A stretch of DNA of 63,520 nucleotides, the filler included, from Lenisia limosa (lineage: Eukaryota > Protista > Breviatea), in the NCBI GenBank assembly GCA_001655205.1. It is 12 parts of 12 records of this genome, joined end to end, with 100 filler letters (N's around TTAATTAATTAA, not from the genome) between each part and the next. Parts side by side here need not be neighbours in the genome. Positions count along the whole stretch, not along the records: positions 1 to 14,569 come from LPNZ01009705.1; 11 more parts are not named here. The stretch is one strand, 5' to 3'. The first letter of the stretch is position 1; each line of letters begins with the position of its first letter. A program made the position numbers and the translations under genes. Shown piece by piece: positions 1 through 13,608 of the stretch. The notes under the pieces were generated by a model, which was not told where the DNA came from, made no database searches, and worked only from the letters and a program-made list of their open reading frames with translations.

Positions 1-86
1 TCGGTTCGAAAAAGACCGGGAAAATATCGATAGCTTTCGATGATTTATCGATAAATTCAGTCTTTCTTCGAACAGAAGTGAAGCCC
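1..86. mobile_element. MITE-A copy (left end outside window)
   Basis: TCGGTTCGAAAAAGAC...GTCTTTCTTCGAACAGAAGTGAAGCCC followed by TA. Confidence 0.8.
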
Positions 87-334
87 TACATATACTAGTA
101 CAAATGTATAGTGTCTTATATAGTATCATATGGATTTCATTCTTTTTGCATATTTTGAATGTATCTTTCACCAAGTAGGAAACCAAAGGGTAGGCTACAT
201 TGGAAGACTGTACCTCGACACAAAGTTGGTGGAGATAGGTACCTTTCAGGGTCGTTTAGATCTAATATGGTTCTCTATTGTATTTTCGTGTTGTAACGAT
301 TACCCCGGAGATTCTCACTACCCCCTCCCCCCAG

Positions 335-3300
335 GTATCCGGGACGACCTGGGCAGAGCCTCCTGACAACGGGCATGAACTGGACTGGGAGGAGTGGGAC
401 CAGTTGTTTTGCATTGAAGTCGGCGCCAAGCCTGCCGTCGGTGAGCGGATAAGCCCTCGAATCTTAATGCTGAGAACATAAATGTTGAAAGTAGTTTTTG
501 GTTGCCTGGATAGTACCTATTTATGGTTGTAGTATAATTTGGTTACCACTATATCGGACTTATACATCTAGCTCAGAAAAAGCAAGCCGTCGTGGTGCAT
601 CTGCTCGACTCAAGAAGAGCAAATAACGTCGCGATCGGTGAGTTTTCCACTTTTTTCCAATATCTCTACAACGTGTGATGGATGGCTTCGTCCAGAGAGA
701 TAACCTCTTGTATATATGATATGTTTTATTTCTCTTGTCGACATGATTTCCATAACAGTGTCATCGCATTTGATCTATTTGTTGACTTACTCTAATAGGT
801 TTGGTCCCGTTCACAAAGCAAGGCTTCAGTTACAGCGACATCGCTAAACTGCTTCTCGAAATGCGCTTCCAAGGTAGAAGGGGTGGTACACTTGTATCAT
901 ATCATTCGTTTTTTGACGAAGAGCATCAAATGTAAGAATAATTCAGTACAAGCAAAGAAGACCCCAATTAATGTACATCGCTCTGAATTCATGAAGTCAC
1001 GTCTCCAGATATCAGCCCTGACGATTTGCTATCTCTTCTCACCATGCTGCCAACCCAGGATGAATCTGATGAAATACGCCTGTTTAATGGTGAGGGGGGG
1101 GGGGGGANNNNNNNNNNNNNNNNNNNNNNNNNNNNNNNNNNNNNNNNNNNNNNNNNNNNNNNNNNNNNNNNNNNNNNNNNNNNNNNNNNNNNNNNNNNNN
1201 NNNNNNNNNNNNNNNNNNNNACACTCTGATCGCTCATGTTTTTAACCATTGAAAGGTGTATATTGTTTTAAACATGGATTGCTTTCTATATGCAAAAAGC
1301 TGTGCACAGAGTTATTAGGCAATTGATTGGGTGAATTAATAGTATACCATAATCTAATATCTTCTGCCTGATACAACCTTATATTGTATTTCTCATTGCT
1401 ATTATTATGTGCCTTCCAATACCCTGACTACACAAGGTGATGTGACGCGTTTGGACAAAGCGGAGCAGTTCTTCCGAGCAGTGCAAGATGTACCGAGGGT
1501 CAAGGGTTGGGGGGTGTACCGAGGGTCAAGGGTTGGGGGGTGTAATGGTGGCCTGGTCAAACTGCACTGTTTTGTTTGTTTGTGATTATTTGTTAATTGG
1601 TCCTGTTTAATAAATCAGAGTTGTTGATAAATAATGCTCATTATAGACATTTAAAGATATCGTCTTAACCCCCCCCCCCCNNNNNNNNNNNNNNNNNNNN
1701 NNNNNNNNNNNNNNNNNNNNNNNNNNNNNNNNNNNNNNNNNNNNNNNNNNNNNNNNNNNNNNNNNNNNNNNNNNNNNNNNNNNNNNNNNNNNNNNNNNNN
1801 NNNNNNNNNNNNATGGACATTTCTGCCGACCTCCAGTCCCGAGCAATAGTCGTCAAAGACGCATGTGGTATGTTGGGTCCAGGGGTGGCGGTATCTCACC
1901 TATGTTGTTTTCATGTGCCCTTACCAATTTTGAGCAAGGGCATTACTCTTTTAATGTCGACACTATTAATCTAGTTCTATTTCATAAACCAAATATTGAC
2001 ATAACCCTGTATTCTTCAATAATGCTTCCAGCAACGGTCATTTCGAGTGTATCGCTTCGCAAAATCCTGTTCGCTGTTCTGCAAGTCGGCAACAAAACCA
2101 ATGCTGGTTCTCTCATGGGTAGGGCGGGGTGGGAGTGTCTCTCATGAGTGGTGGGGCAAAGTGTCACAAATACTTATATTGAGTATTGGGGAAGGACATA
2201 TAATTGGAACTGTTTTCCAACAATGAGTATACTGTGATCATATCAGCTACAATTTTAATGTCTACCCCCCCTCCCCAGGTAACGCAAAAGGCTTTCAAAT
2301 CGAGGCACTGCTTCGAATTCAAGATGTTCGGGTATGTTTGGCAAACAGCATCATTTATTTAAAAATATTGTTGATTTTACTTATTGAAGAGATGCAGCAC
2401 CACATCACCCATATGTGTCTCACAGCATTCTTTTCTCACTTCCTTTCACCCACCCCCAGGGAGTCAAGCCCCAGCTGACCCTTTTGGACTGGCTCGTGAC
2501 CCAAACCATTGACTGTGAAGAGGGGAAGGAGCTGGCTAAAGAGGTACCTGGGAGCTGGCAGATCCAAATCAGAATTTTTTGTTTACCCACCATTCCTTAA
2601 TTACATTGAGGTGAGGAAATAGTATTTCATATCTATGTTCCTCACCAGGTTGGAATGATGCAACCTTCGTGTGTTGCTAGCCAACAGAGTTGTCTTTGAA
2701 CCTTCGTGTGTTGCTAGGTTTTTGTTTACAAATTTTCCAATTTACTCCACCCTAGCTCGTTGCTCTAGAGACAGCAGCTGAGCGCAGCGGAGCAGACGAG
2801 ATCGTGAAGCTAGGGGAGGACCTACAGAAGAAGCTGGACGGCTTGGAAGACGACCTTCGTCTGTTTGAGACGACTGAGAAAGTTGAAGGAGACAAATTTG
2901 TTGAGGTCATGAAGGACTTCCTTGTATCCGCCAATACCACTGTGGGAGGGGGTCGCTTCACCCAGAATTTGATATTTTTTTGAGCTATATGTCTAAAATG
3001 CTATAATTGTACTGTTTTACATTGAGTTCATACACTTGCGCAGTCATTTTTGCTGATAATTAACTGACTTAGATGAATGACGTCATTGTGACTGTCAATG
3101 AAATGGTCCACCAGTTCAAGTATGGTGATCCTCTGCTCTAATAGTTGCTGTTCTTTTTGGCAAATTGATTTGTGTTCACGAATAATCTATGACTCCTTCC
3201 AGGGAGCTTTGTCAGTACATTGCCGAAGACCACGTTACCGCCACCCCGGAGACTGTACTGGGTGTTTTCCTCGAATTCGGCAGGAGCGTTCAACAGAGCC

Positions 3301-3509
3301 TCAGTAACCTTGAGACCGCTCGGGCCAAAGCTGCTATGGCCGAAAGGGCGGCTGTTCGTAAGGCAGAAGCTGACGCCAAGAAGAAGAAGAAAGATGCGCC
3401 ACCTTTGGAAGAGACCACCAAGGTGGATGAACAATCAGAGGACTCCCAATTGGCGGAGAACATGGCCCAAGTTTCTGTGGATACAGAAACATTAGCCTTT
3501 GACATATAG
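335..3509 (+). CDS. Formin, FH2 domain and C-terminus (5' part outside window; multi-exon, part of one exon in an N gap)
   Basis: Spliced exons read VSGTTWAEPP..LDWEEWDQLF / LLDSRRANNVAI / LLSLLTMLPTQDE / RLDKAEQFF / IVVKDAC / LRKILFAVLQVGNKTNAGSLMG / NAKGFQIEALLRI / LTLLDWLV / GDKFVEVMKDF / ELCQYIAED..PETVLGVFLEF, ending TAG at 3509. These are FH2 motifs in the correct order with GT-AG introns. Confidence 0.93.
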
Positions 3510-3852
3510 TGTTGTTATGTTTGTGTTTTATTAATTTGTACCTTTTTCCTAATTTCATTTATTCTGATTTTGATGGTTCTTATTTATTTTTCAACTCTCT
3601 GAGGAATTGTTATGCTGGGTGAAGTAAGATTAGATGACGGGTAAGAACATAACGCGCGGCGTGTGTCCTGAATGGAAGAAAGTTACGATGACAGATAATT
3701 CTTTATTTACAGGCAAAGCAAAAGTACTACGGGAGTAATGGCGAAAAAAACTATATCTATCTTGCGATTATCTTTTCAGCATAAAAGAACAAAATATATA
3801 TAAAAAATTTCTAGTGAAACAAGCCTAATATACAACAAAACATGATAAATAC

Positions 3853-5330
3853 CTACAAATCCATTACCCTTGAACTCTGTTGTTTGCCCCATTCTTTATT
3901 GTTCACCAACTGCATTCGCTCTTTGATCAACGTGTCCTTCCATTGTTCTACAAAGATAATGTAATTGTGGAAAATAAAAATAAATTTGATTTTTTTGACA
4001 AGAATAACCAGGTTGTTGATTTGCTTTTCAAGAAAACCCCTTACCCAAAAAAGAGCTATCCGTCGGTTCACTTTGAGTCACCCTATTTGCCACTTTTTCA
4101 TGACTCCAATGACAAGTCGTCTCATCAGCAGAATGTGACTCATACAGATCATTGAGATCTCTTCGCCACGCCGCCGTGATGGTTTGCTCAGTTTCGGGGG
4201 GCGTGTAGGGCTGGAGTGGACGCAATTGAAGAGGCGGCCCGGGTATAGAAGTTTGTGAAAGCGGTTCTATGGCTTGGCTGGACATGGGGGGGAGGGGTTC
4301 CTGGGATGTTAAGAAATTTTGAAGATTTCAAATAGTTTTGAATGAAAATAAAAGTGCACGGTACACTGTGTCAGAAACGATTGTGTTTTTGATATGGGCG
4401 CAAATACGAAGACACCCACCAAAGAAAGAGCCAGATCTGGCCTGAATAACTCGGGGTGCAAACGTGTGAGTGCATCGCTTTCAGGCCGCAGACTCTCATA
4501 AAGATGGTTTTCCTATTGGTGAGAAGATGGTGGAATATGATGGGCAAATAACTACAATGAATCAAGTTACCAAAATTCAGAAAGAGAGAAGTCACACTCA
4601 CATGAGAGATGTGCATCTTTGCCTTTCGTTTTACCGGGGCTACGTCATTATTAACCGTCGGTAAATCATGATATATTTGGTCGGTGGTACGGAAGTTTAG
4701 CTCCTTGATCGTCAGTAAAAGTCAGGCGGTGGGTTTTGGGATATGATTGCGGAAATAATTGAAAGTAAATGAATACTTTACAACTCATACCCACTGAAAA
4801 TTTATCATTTTTTTTTCCTTTTCAAAGTGATCCCTCACCTCAGTTCTGAGAGTTTGGTGGGTTCTGTCTTTGAGATATCGGTCCACATGTTGTGTAACTA
4901 ATGTGGACGTTGGGTCAAACTTTTGCTGAGCCAGAGCCTATATTATAAACCACAAGTGATTAAAAGATAACTCAGCCCAATTGAATGGAGAAAAGAAAAG
5001 GGACGCCCCCCCCCCCGCGCAAACGTCTATTTTCTTCTGTGAGGACAAGATGCTGCCATGAGGGGACGGTCGACTGAGATTGTTCGTTGCTGAAACAGAG
5101 CGTAAAGGGTGAATGGATTTGGTTGGCGGACCCTCAAAAAAAAGAACCTTATAAAGGTGAGGTATATAACAAAAACTACGATATGATATGAATATTAAAT
5201 TTGCAAGAGTTTTGGTGGGGATAATAGATTGAGGAAGAAAAAAAAAACTCGGTAAGAGGCAAAAAACAGCATTACGCCCACTTGAAAGTTCGACATCAGT
5301 ATTGGCCAATTGGATGTACCGCTCAGCCTC
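3853..5330 (-). CDS. Hypothetical multi-exon protein (exon structure and start uncertain)
   Basis: Open, GT-AG-bounded minus-strand segments (e.g. ALAQQKFDPTSTLVTQHVDRYLKDRTHQTLRTE; EQWKDTLIKERMQLVNNKEWGKQQSSRVMDL*). No family recognised. Confidence 0.4.
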
Positions 5331-6754
5331 AGCATGTACGGGTGTCTAATGAGTGAAAAGAAATCTATTAGTTGTATCTTACGTCCGGCCGAGTTGACAT
5401 TTATTTTCAAACTTCAATTTTACTGAGCCATGGTAAATATTCCAAAATTACATCTTTATTTATGATTCAAATAATTTTCATCCAAAAAATACTCTCAATC
5501 ATATGATCAATCAATCTCAGATAATATGGTTCAAAATTTCGGAATCAATTATAACGATACCACCTGTGTAAAAATAAGGGTCAGTAGACGGGTTCTAAAC
5601 TCAAAAATATTGACCAACTCTCAAACAAAGAGATAATATTTTGGTGCTGGCAATATAAAAAGCCAAATGTGTTTTGTCCTCTATTTACAGTAATATAATC
5701 ATGAAATAACACACGAGGGTTCATCCTGTGTTATCAATGAACCAAAACGTGTTATGTTCAAGGCTTACAAAAGGAGGTGGGGAAGGTAACTGGAGTGGCC
5801 TTTCTTCCGGTGAATGTAACGGAGGCCTTGGCTTATCATCCATTCTTATCACGAGGCGGCGGTGATGAGGTACTGCTGTTATGACCAGATCTATGAGAGG
5901 AAAGGAGGGAAAGTGACGTTTTCTTTGGATCAACTTCCTTCTGCCTATTTTTTTCTTCTTTACTTCTTGACTTCTTTACTCAGTCTTTACTTCCTTAGTA
6001 AATAAGTAAATGAGAAGAATGAAGGCAGGATGGGAAAGGAAGCGGGGAGGGAGAGGAATTTTAACCATAAATATGCGCGTGAACGTTCATCCTCACGCGC
6101 TAATATTGATTGGATCTTTGCATTTTGTCTCTTTATGACTCGCTTACCTCGCGTATTTATCTAGAAACACTATGGCCAAAGTTAAGCTGAAGAAAAAGCG
6201 CTGGGTCGTCCGTGATGATAACGTGGGGATGATTGGTTGTTATGCAGCTCTTCTGTATCTTTCTCACTCATTTTAGGAAGCTGGAAGTGGCGAGGCTGTA
6301 TCAACGGTTGGTAATGGCCTATATTGACAAGTGACATTTTTTCCTCCAATCATCAGTCTTGATCTAACGTCTTCTTGGACCATCTCCTTCCCCTACATGG
6401 TCATCGTTATGGACGGGTTTGATCTTTGTAGAGCGCTGTCGGGTGCTGTAGTTTGGTTCTTTTTGTCCTAATTTGGCTGTCTTCAGCCTCGTTTGCTGCA
6501 TATTTCGGAGACCTTTTCCAACAAACGGTTAGATGAATTGAAGATGAGTCATTTGACTTAATCTTCTTTACCAATTTGTAATCTTGTTTCAATTTATTAT
6601 CAAGAACTTTCACATTCATTCATTTCTTCTTTTTTGTTAGGGTTATTTAAATTGGGGTTTTTTTTTTATCGAGTACAGAACTCCAACCACATTTAATCTA
6701 TCACCCCCCCCCCTTCCGTTTTTGTTTCATAAATTTTCCAATTTACTCGCCCAG

Positions 6755-7989
6755 CCTGACGAAGCGTCCTTACCGGCAACACGGCCCCTTTTGATTACGA
6801 ACGTTGCTGCCTCCCTGGCTGAGGATGTGGGTTGATTTCATGTAATATTGGGCCAGGTATTGTTGAAGAATGTTAACCCATATCCACAAGTGATATCCAA
6901 AAAGTGATATAATTATTATGAATGCATCCATATTTTCATTGTTTTTAAAAAACAATCCCATAAGATATTGGAAAAAGCTCGAAGAGTACCAAAAATGTAA
7001 ACAGCTATGCTTCACCATCATTATTTTGACTTCCCAAGGCGCTGTCAAGCCACACGAATGACGCTTTTGATTTGATTGACATTTCTACTGAAGTCGGAGT
7101 GAAGGAACTCGCAGATCTGGCAACCAACAAGGCAATGTTGAATAAAGCTGATGGTGATGAACGTGAACAGGGGTGTACCTGAATACTGTACTTTGTGGAT
7201 TGCAAAGTGTTTGCTACTTTCTTCCAACGCAGTGTTATCTTTCACACTTCAGTGACATCTTCGGTCACACTGTCCAAGTTTGCTGATTCCTACTACTCCA
7301 ACACTTACACTTATCGATGTGATGACTCGCTATCTGACCATTACACGGTTGGCAGGTGTATTGAGTAACGCCTGATACATCTGGAATACTCGAAACCTGA
7401 GAAGACACAGCTTTAGTCATTGGAAATCAGGATATACATGTATGTGCTCTTGAATTGGTTTAGCTTGCTACATCCCTCACCTCTCAGTCCATTTTTGTTG
7501 CCCTGGAAGGCGATACCCCCACCGATGCTTCACCCCATTTGGAGGCTCTAATCATCCGTCTCAAGTTCGAAAATAACAGTAAGGGGAATAATTTGGCGGC
7601 CGCAGTGTACCGTACATCTGACTCCAACAGCTGCCCTCCCCGTGATTATTGCGGGGTCAGACCCCCACATTCTGCCCTCCCATGACATTGTGTCCTATAT
7701 TGGCAGCGACTTGCTGGGTGGCGATTCGTTAGTGCCTGAAGATACGTTCATCAAGTCTGCTCTGACCTTCGTGGGGCCACCGCTTGCCGACGCTGCAGAG
7801 GGCAAAGAGATTCGAGTCAACTTTCCTATTACTCCAATGGGTGGGTTGGGGCTTACAATCGCAAAAGGATGTTTTGTTTCTATTTAGTTAACATTTGGTC
7901 TTAACGTGGCAGGTGCCTTCTTCTCAAATGTGAACTTCTCCACTCCTTTCGCGCCCAAATCCTTTGCAAAGTCTGTCGCATGCCTTTGA
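6755..7989 (+). CDS. Hypothetical protein, 3' exons (beta-rich C-terminal region; family not recognised)
   Basis: Consecutive AG/GT-bounded open exons (PDEASLPATRPLLITNVAASLAED; ALSSHTNDAFDLIDISTEVGVKELADL; SIFVALEGDTPTDASPHLEALIIRLKFENNSKG; GAFFSNVNFSTPFAPKSFAKSVACL*). Confidence 0.5.
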
Positions 7990-8565
7990 GTTTTGTCTTT
8001 CGTTTATATCAAATAACCCTTGATGCGATGCTTCAGAAGCGAGGGTTTTGTTTGTCTATTTGTTTTATCTCTTGTGTGTTCACAGTGTTGATTCGGGGGT
8101 CCCAGCATTCACACATCATGACCATACTCAGGGCGGATACCAGTGTCTATAGGCCGTTCCTCTACAACACAGTGGTGTACCTTGAAAACGGTTGGGGGTA
8201 TTCGATTGAGTTGGCTTCTTCTTATTTCATACTGATTTGTGTTCATGAGCATTACTTTTTTTTATGTGGCAGTTTTCATCGTTATTATTAGAAAACCGCT
8301 TTCCCCTTCTGCAATACGGTACGGCGGTGAGGGAGCACCTCTTGTGGCACGTTGCTGCACCGGCTAAGGCTGANNNNNNNNNNGGAGGACAGTATTATTG
8401 TTACATTTTCATCATTTTTTTTTTTGATTAATTTAAATGATGAAACCCCAAGATACTTACCCCTTTTACAAGTGTAGTCTGCCGATTCAAGTCTCTGGGA
8501 AAGTCTGATTCTTGCCCCTCTGCTGCACCCCTCCGATCCCGAGGTGGGGGGGGGGNNNNNNNNNN

Positions 8566-9262
8566 TATTCACTTACCTCTCCGCCTATCTCACCTTCTCG
8601 TCCGTTGATCCGACGGTTAGCACGTACCGCCCATCTAAAATCGCGGGACTGGCCGCGTATCTTTCTGCACGCAAAGCCCGGGTACCGTTTTCTGGCGAAG
8701 TTCTCTCGTCAGTTCTCGAGATATCTCTTGTGGGAGGGGTGGGGTCTTTGGCTTCTGAGAAAAACCTGTTTTTTTTGGGGAGATATGTTATGTTCGCTGG
8801 AGTGATGGGATGTGGTGCTGCAGAAGCGACTGGTCTGGGCTTTGTTTGTTTTGCTGCTATCAACCCTCGTGTGCTGTCAGCCAACAGAGATGATCTGGGG
8901 TTTTTGTTTCTTAAATTTACCACTTTCTTTATCCCCCCCACCTCAGCACCACCTCTTGTGCTTTTCTTATTTTCTTCCCTTACATTTGTCCACTTTTCCT
9001 CACGTTGTTCTTGAGTTGGGCTGGGACTTCTTTTTTGGTTTCATAAATGTTCCATTATTACCTCCACCCCCGCCATTATATCTGAAGGTATTCTACATCT
9101 TAGATAACATAGTTTTGGTTTATTTCCTTTTCCTTGTCACGAAATACTGATTACGATTTACCACCCTTTTTTTTTGAGCCCTCTTCAACTTTACTCTTTC
9201 AGGAGGATTTCAACATGTCCGTACAGCACTTTGATCAAACTATCACCCCGCTTCTTGCTTTG
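8566..9262 (+). CDS. Cyclin, C-terminal cyclin-box fragment
   Basis: YLSAYLTFSSVDPTVSTYRPSKIAGLAAYLSARK matches the Y-x-PS-x-IA-x-AA motif of the second cyclin fold. The next exon is probably 9203-9262 (EDFNMSVQHFDQTITPLLAL). Flanked by small N gaps. Confidence 0.6.
8811..8946 (+). mobile_element. IE-A intron 3'-cassette, near-complete copy (cyclin intron)
   Basis: GGTGCTGCAGAAGCGACTGGTCTGGGCTTTGTTTG..ATCAACCCTCGTGTGCTGTCAGCCAACAGAG..C-run..CAG, near-identical to copies in unrelated genes. Confidence 0.8.
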
Positions 9263-9567
9263 GTAAGCGGTGCACATTATTTTCATTGTCTTCCTACCCC
9301 TTCACTTCGCAAAATCATTCCAAACAATTTTTTTTNNNNNNNNNNNNNNNNNNNNNNNNNNNNNNNNNNNNNNNNNNNNNNNNNNNNNNNNNNNNNNNNN
9401 NNNNNNNNNNNNNNNNNNNNNNNNNNNNGACGGTTTTGACAACTTTACTTGTAACACTCTATTTTCAACAGCTATATTACAAACTGAATGTGGCTACCTT
9501 TTTTTTGTTTGTACATATCGTGTCTGGTGGTGTCTAACTTTTTGTTTCAAATATTATCACCAATCTA

Positions 9568-9663
9568 GGGCTTCACTTTGGTTTGAAAAAGACTGGTAAA
9601 ATATCGATAGTTTTCGATTATTTATCATGAAATGCAGTCTTTTTTGGAACCGAAGTGAAGTCC
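9568..9663. mobile_element. MITE-A, 96 bp, TA-flanked
   Basis: TA-GGGCTTCACTTTGGTTTGAAAAAGAC...GTCTTTTTTGGAACCGAAGTGAAGTCC-TA; ~26-bp TIRs. Confidence 0.88.
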
Positions 9664-10429
9664 TAACCATTGGGCTTGTTGCACTCCTCTCCTCTCTTCA
9701 AGCGATTTAATCTATTTCCATCTTACCTTTTAATTAGTATAAAGGATTGTCTCCTCTCAGCGTATGCCCTACTCACCTTCCAGAAAATCCCCTTCAAAAA
9801 TGCTGAGACCCATACCTTTGGCGACAATGCCGTCTACGCGTGAACCAGCCACCCCCCCCCCCNNNNNNNNNNNNNNNNNNNNNNNNNNNNNNNNNNNNNN
9901 NNNNNNNNNNNNNNNNNNNNNNNNNNNNNNNNNNNNNNNNNNNNNNNNNNNNNNNNTTTGTTTCCTGTATCATAATCGTTCTTGAAGTGTATCATATGCT
10001 GTTTCTATTTGCTAGTCTTTGTTGACTTGGGAGAGGATGCCTCTACCCCTTCTTATCTGTATGGTTAGGTTCTTGAAGGATGTAATATAACACTTACCAC
10101 TGATGATTGGTTGAAGGCCTTCTTTCTAATGAGTGTGAGAAATCAGAATATTGTATGGGTTTATGGAAAGAGGGAAGGGGTGTTGGAACATACGGGTTTG
10201 AGGGGGCAAGGGTATTACATGTCACATGTCATAGTGTGTGGTTAAGTGCAAATCAGAATTACATTGGGTAGGATTTCTGGGCGTGGGGAGGCGAGAGTCC
10301 CACAAATTCCGTAATATGAAACTTAAGTAACTTGGACTGTGTATTGAATTATTTTTGTTGTTATTGTGGCGTTAGTGTTGTTTTTTTAACAATATTTGCC
10401 AATCGCTATATTTTTCGGAACGCTTTTGG

Positions 10430-13234
10430 TGATTGGTGAAAATGGATATCTCACTATTTCAAATGACTTCACGATTATCTTCACACAAATGAAAACATCG
10501 CTTTTGACCAAGGCCTCGACCTCCCCAACCATTAAAAATACAACAGTCTTATCAAATAATATAAAAATACAATAGCCTTCTCAAATCCATTGCCATTGCA
10601 AGAGTCTTATCAATAGTCTTATTAAATATTTTGTCATTATAGTACCCTCATCAAATTATTGACAATTTACCCATTCACCTCATAAGATGGTGATTCGACT
10701 TCAGCTGATTGTCGAGAGATATTAGAGAGTCTTCCTGGGACTGAAGTGTGTTTTTCGTTTTTTGATTGTACGCCTAAAAAATTACGTCTTTCAGTTGCTT
10801 TTAAAAATGACTACTAATATCTACCATTTTCAAAATTTCCTACTCTAAAAACTGGTGTTCACGTGACTTTTAAAAAAGATATTCAATTCTGATGGAAGGC
10901 TAATAATTAGGTAAAATACGTATCATCTAATATTAGTGTGATGGTGTGGAAGGATGCAGTTGTTTTTTCATCTCAATATACATGCATATGATGGACGCTA
11001 AATAGAATAGAACAGACCTTTAAATGGCAGAGGTTTGCCTTTTGGGATCCTAAGTGCTTCTGGGCAGCATGAAGTGCTGTCAGGGGAGCTGGGTTGACAA
11101 TTTGGTATTTTACACGTTCTTTCTCACGTTCCAAAGCAAGGGAATTGTGGAAGATCGCTAGATCATTACAATACTGGTTGAATGATGACCAGCATTCCAT
11201 AAAAACGGTAGTTAAAATTGAACACCCTCATCAATGCTTGCAAGGCAAATACTATTGATTTTCTTGGGGAATCTTTTAGAGAAGTAGATATATATTCTAA
11301 ATCAATCTAACGATTTATTATTTGGTAACAAAGAAAAACCATGTGAATAGAGTATCAAAGCTGGAAGAAAATTGACGCTGTCTTAGAGTGAAACAAGTCA
11401 AAACTGGTTTAATATTTAGTGTATTTTACCCCCAACGTACTCTTCAGCACCATTATATAATTTTCCCTTCCCACAGTTAATTTCTTGGTTGGTAATTTCG
11501 ATGAGATCTTCCTGTTCTTCATTAGCTTCCTCTACTTTTCGAAGATCATCTGGAATGGGGGGGGGGGGGGNNNNNNNNNNNNNNNNNNNNNNNNNNNNNN
11601 NNNNNNNNNNNNNNNNNNNNNNNNNNNNNNNNNNNNNNNNNNNNNNNNNNNNNNNNNNNNGTAGAACACAAATGAAGGATATTATGGTGAAGAATGGATG
11701 GGAGTAAAATGAAGAAAATTACAATAAAGAATATGGGGACTCTCTAGGCTTTTGAATGAGCTTGAGTGGTCAGTATTTGCTTTCGGACATGAACATTTAT
11801 GGTATTGCTATTAGGTTGACTTATTATACCACAATTTTTATTTTTATGCTCAAAACATGAAACAACAAAATCATCAGTAAAAAAACAGAACAAATAGTTT
11901 GGCAACAGCAGAAAGAAGATTTCTCAATATCGAGTGTTATGCAACCAAATCCTTCACCCACTGAAGCATTTTAGATAGGGCTCGGAGATGAGTTGAATTG
12001 ACTCATGGAGATCTGCAACCATGCTATTTTTGTGACTGTGTCCTTCATGCCTAACTGCCTCTACAATATTATTTGGATATTGATAAAATACAATGTAGAA
12101 CAATTTCAATAAAGTTTCATTTATTGGGTTACCCTTTATTCCTAACATATGAACATCTTTTCAAGGTTTTGTATGTATTTTTTCCAAAACACAAGACAAT
12201 AATACTATTATTGATTGATAAATATCAATTCTTTTTTTGTTTCTGACTACTCAATATTCATTCCAGCACAAGCAGTGCACATTGTGCTACTCATGGATGG
12301 TTTACCCACCCATTTCTTTGATGAGGCTCTCTTCTTGTGTCTTGAGGCAATGAAGGTGCTCTTCTACGATGCTAATGGATTTGGCCTTTAGCGAGGCTTC
12401 AATGGTGGCTTCAGATTTTCTCCTAAAATGACAATTAGTTTTGACTATCGTCTGTGAGAGGATTGTTTTGTATTCTTAAATGGGTTAATTATTTCTTTCT
12501 CGCATTTAGTTTGAGCTATTTTAAAAGAATATTCCGTTTTGACTTCTTTTAAAAGAGAATTTGGTTTTATATTTCTTCTAAATGAGATTTTGTCAACTTT
12601 TATATGAGATAAAGTTTAGCTGACACGGATACAACTAATAAATACTATGATCAGCATACCCCCCCCCTCCAATAACTGAGGCAAACGCGAGTTTTTGACT
12701 TTTTTCATATCTTTATATTAAAAAAGGATTTTTCCCTTGGAATAAATCAAATAAACACTAAATTTTGAGAACACAATAGCGCTAATGTCACTTCTAAATA
12801 TTCGTGGCAATCTAAAACTAAATCCAAAGTCAACGCCAAATCCTCTTCAGATCATCTTTGAGGATAAAGTCATTTAAGCATTTAAACACCCATACTAACT
12901 TCTCAAAATCTGTAATTTCACGAAAGAGCTGCCGTTTTGTCTGAGCCTGTAGCCTCATTTGATTCCTGAGATCTTCCATAACATCTCGCTTCTACGAGGT
13001 GAGGGAAGCGGCAAATCATAAGCGGACCTCGTTGAATTCATTAGTTAGCAGTCTGTATTCAATTTGCAAGAACTTGATCTGTTGGAGAACGTCAGTGCTA
13101 CTCATTTCCGTCATGTTCTCTGGCTCCATGCACGTAAAGTAGTTGTTAGCCCAATAATGTTTTTTAATTACTTTAGTGTCCTCTAGATTTGTTAGTTTAA
13201 GCAAATTAAGTTGATAAGCAGCGCTAGTTTCCAT
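10430..13234 (-). CDS. Putative multi-exon hypothetical protein (helical/coiled-coil segments)
   Basis: Several open minus-strand segments with splice-like borders (KRDVMEDLRNQMRLQAQTKRQLFREITDFEK; SFNQYCNDLAIFHNSLALEREKERVKYQIVNP; PDDLRKVEEANEEQEDLIEITNQE). It is not certain these form a single gene. Confidence 0.35.
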
Positions 13235-13608
13235 AGCTGTCCGGGTCCAATATATAACTATACACTCTGTTTTTGCCCCGATTTTTGGTCTCTCCCTCTA
13301 ATTAACCACAAGAGTTGAGAAAGAATCTTCCCGAAGGGGGCTGAAAAGGAAGTATACGGACCGTCCGGGGTACAGAGAAGCGCAAGTCTTCTAACAGAGC
13401 AGATCTTGTTCACATCCTCCTCGCTTGCCACCCCACCTTGTGGAGGTCAAGAATTGAGCCTAAGCTTAAACCACTTGGACAAACTCCTCTGCTTCGTCAG
13501 CTGGTGGAGTGATCTGAACTCTCATATTTACAGAATATATAGTGGCGCCATAGTGTTAAAGAGAGTCAACTGTCAACACAGAAGAGTGTTACAACCTTCA
13601 GAGGCGGG

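Noticed and set aside
6173-6620. Gene calls at 6173 (+, MAKVKLKKKRW..) or 6407-6619 (-)
   Set aside because: Plausible frames exist on both strands but conflict, and I could not build a consistent spliced model.
9558-9675. MITE-A as a hAT element (TAGGG/CAGGG termini with an 8-bp TSD)
   Set aside because: The 8-bp flanks do not match at 9568, 53066 or 63207; only TA is consistently shared. One copy (30930) has a 6/8 match, which is not enough.
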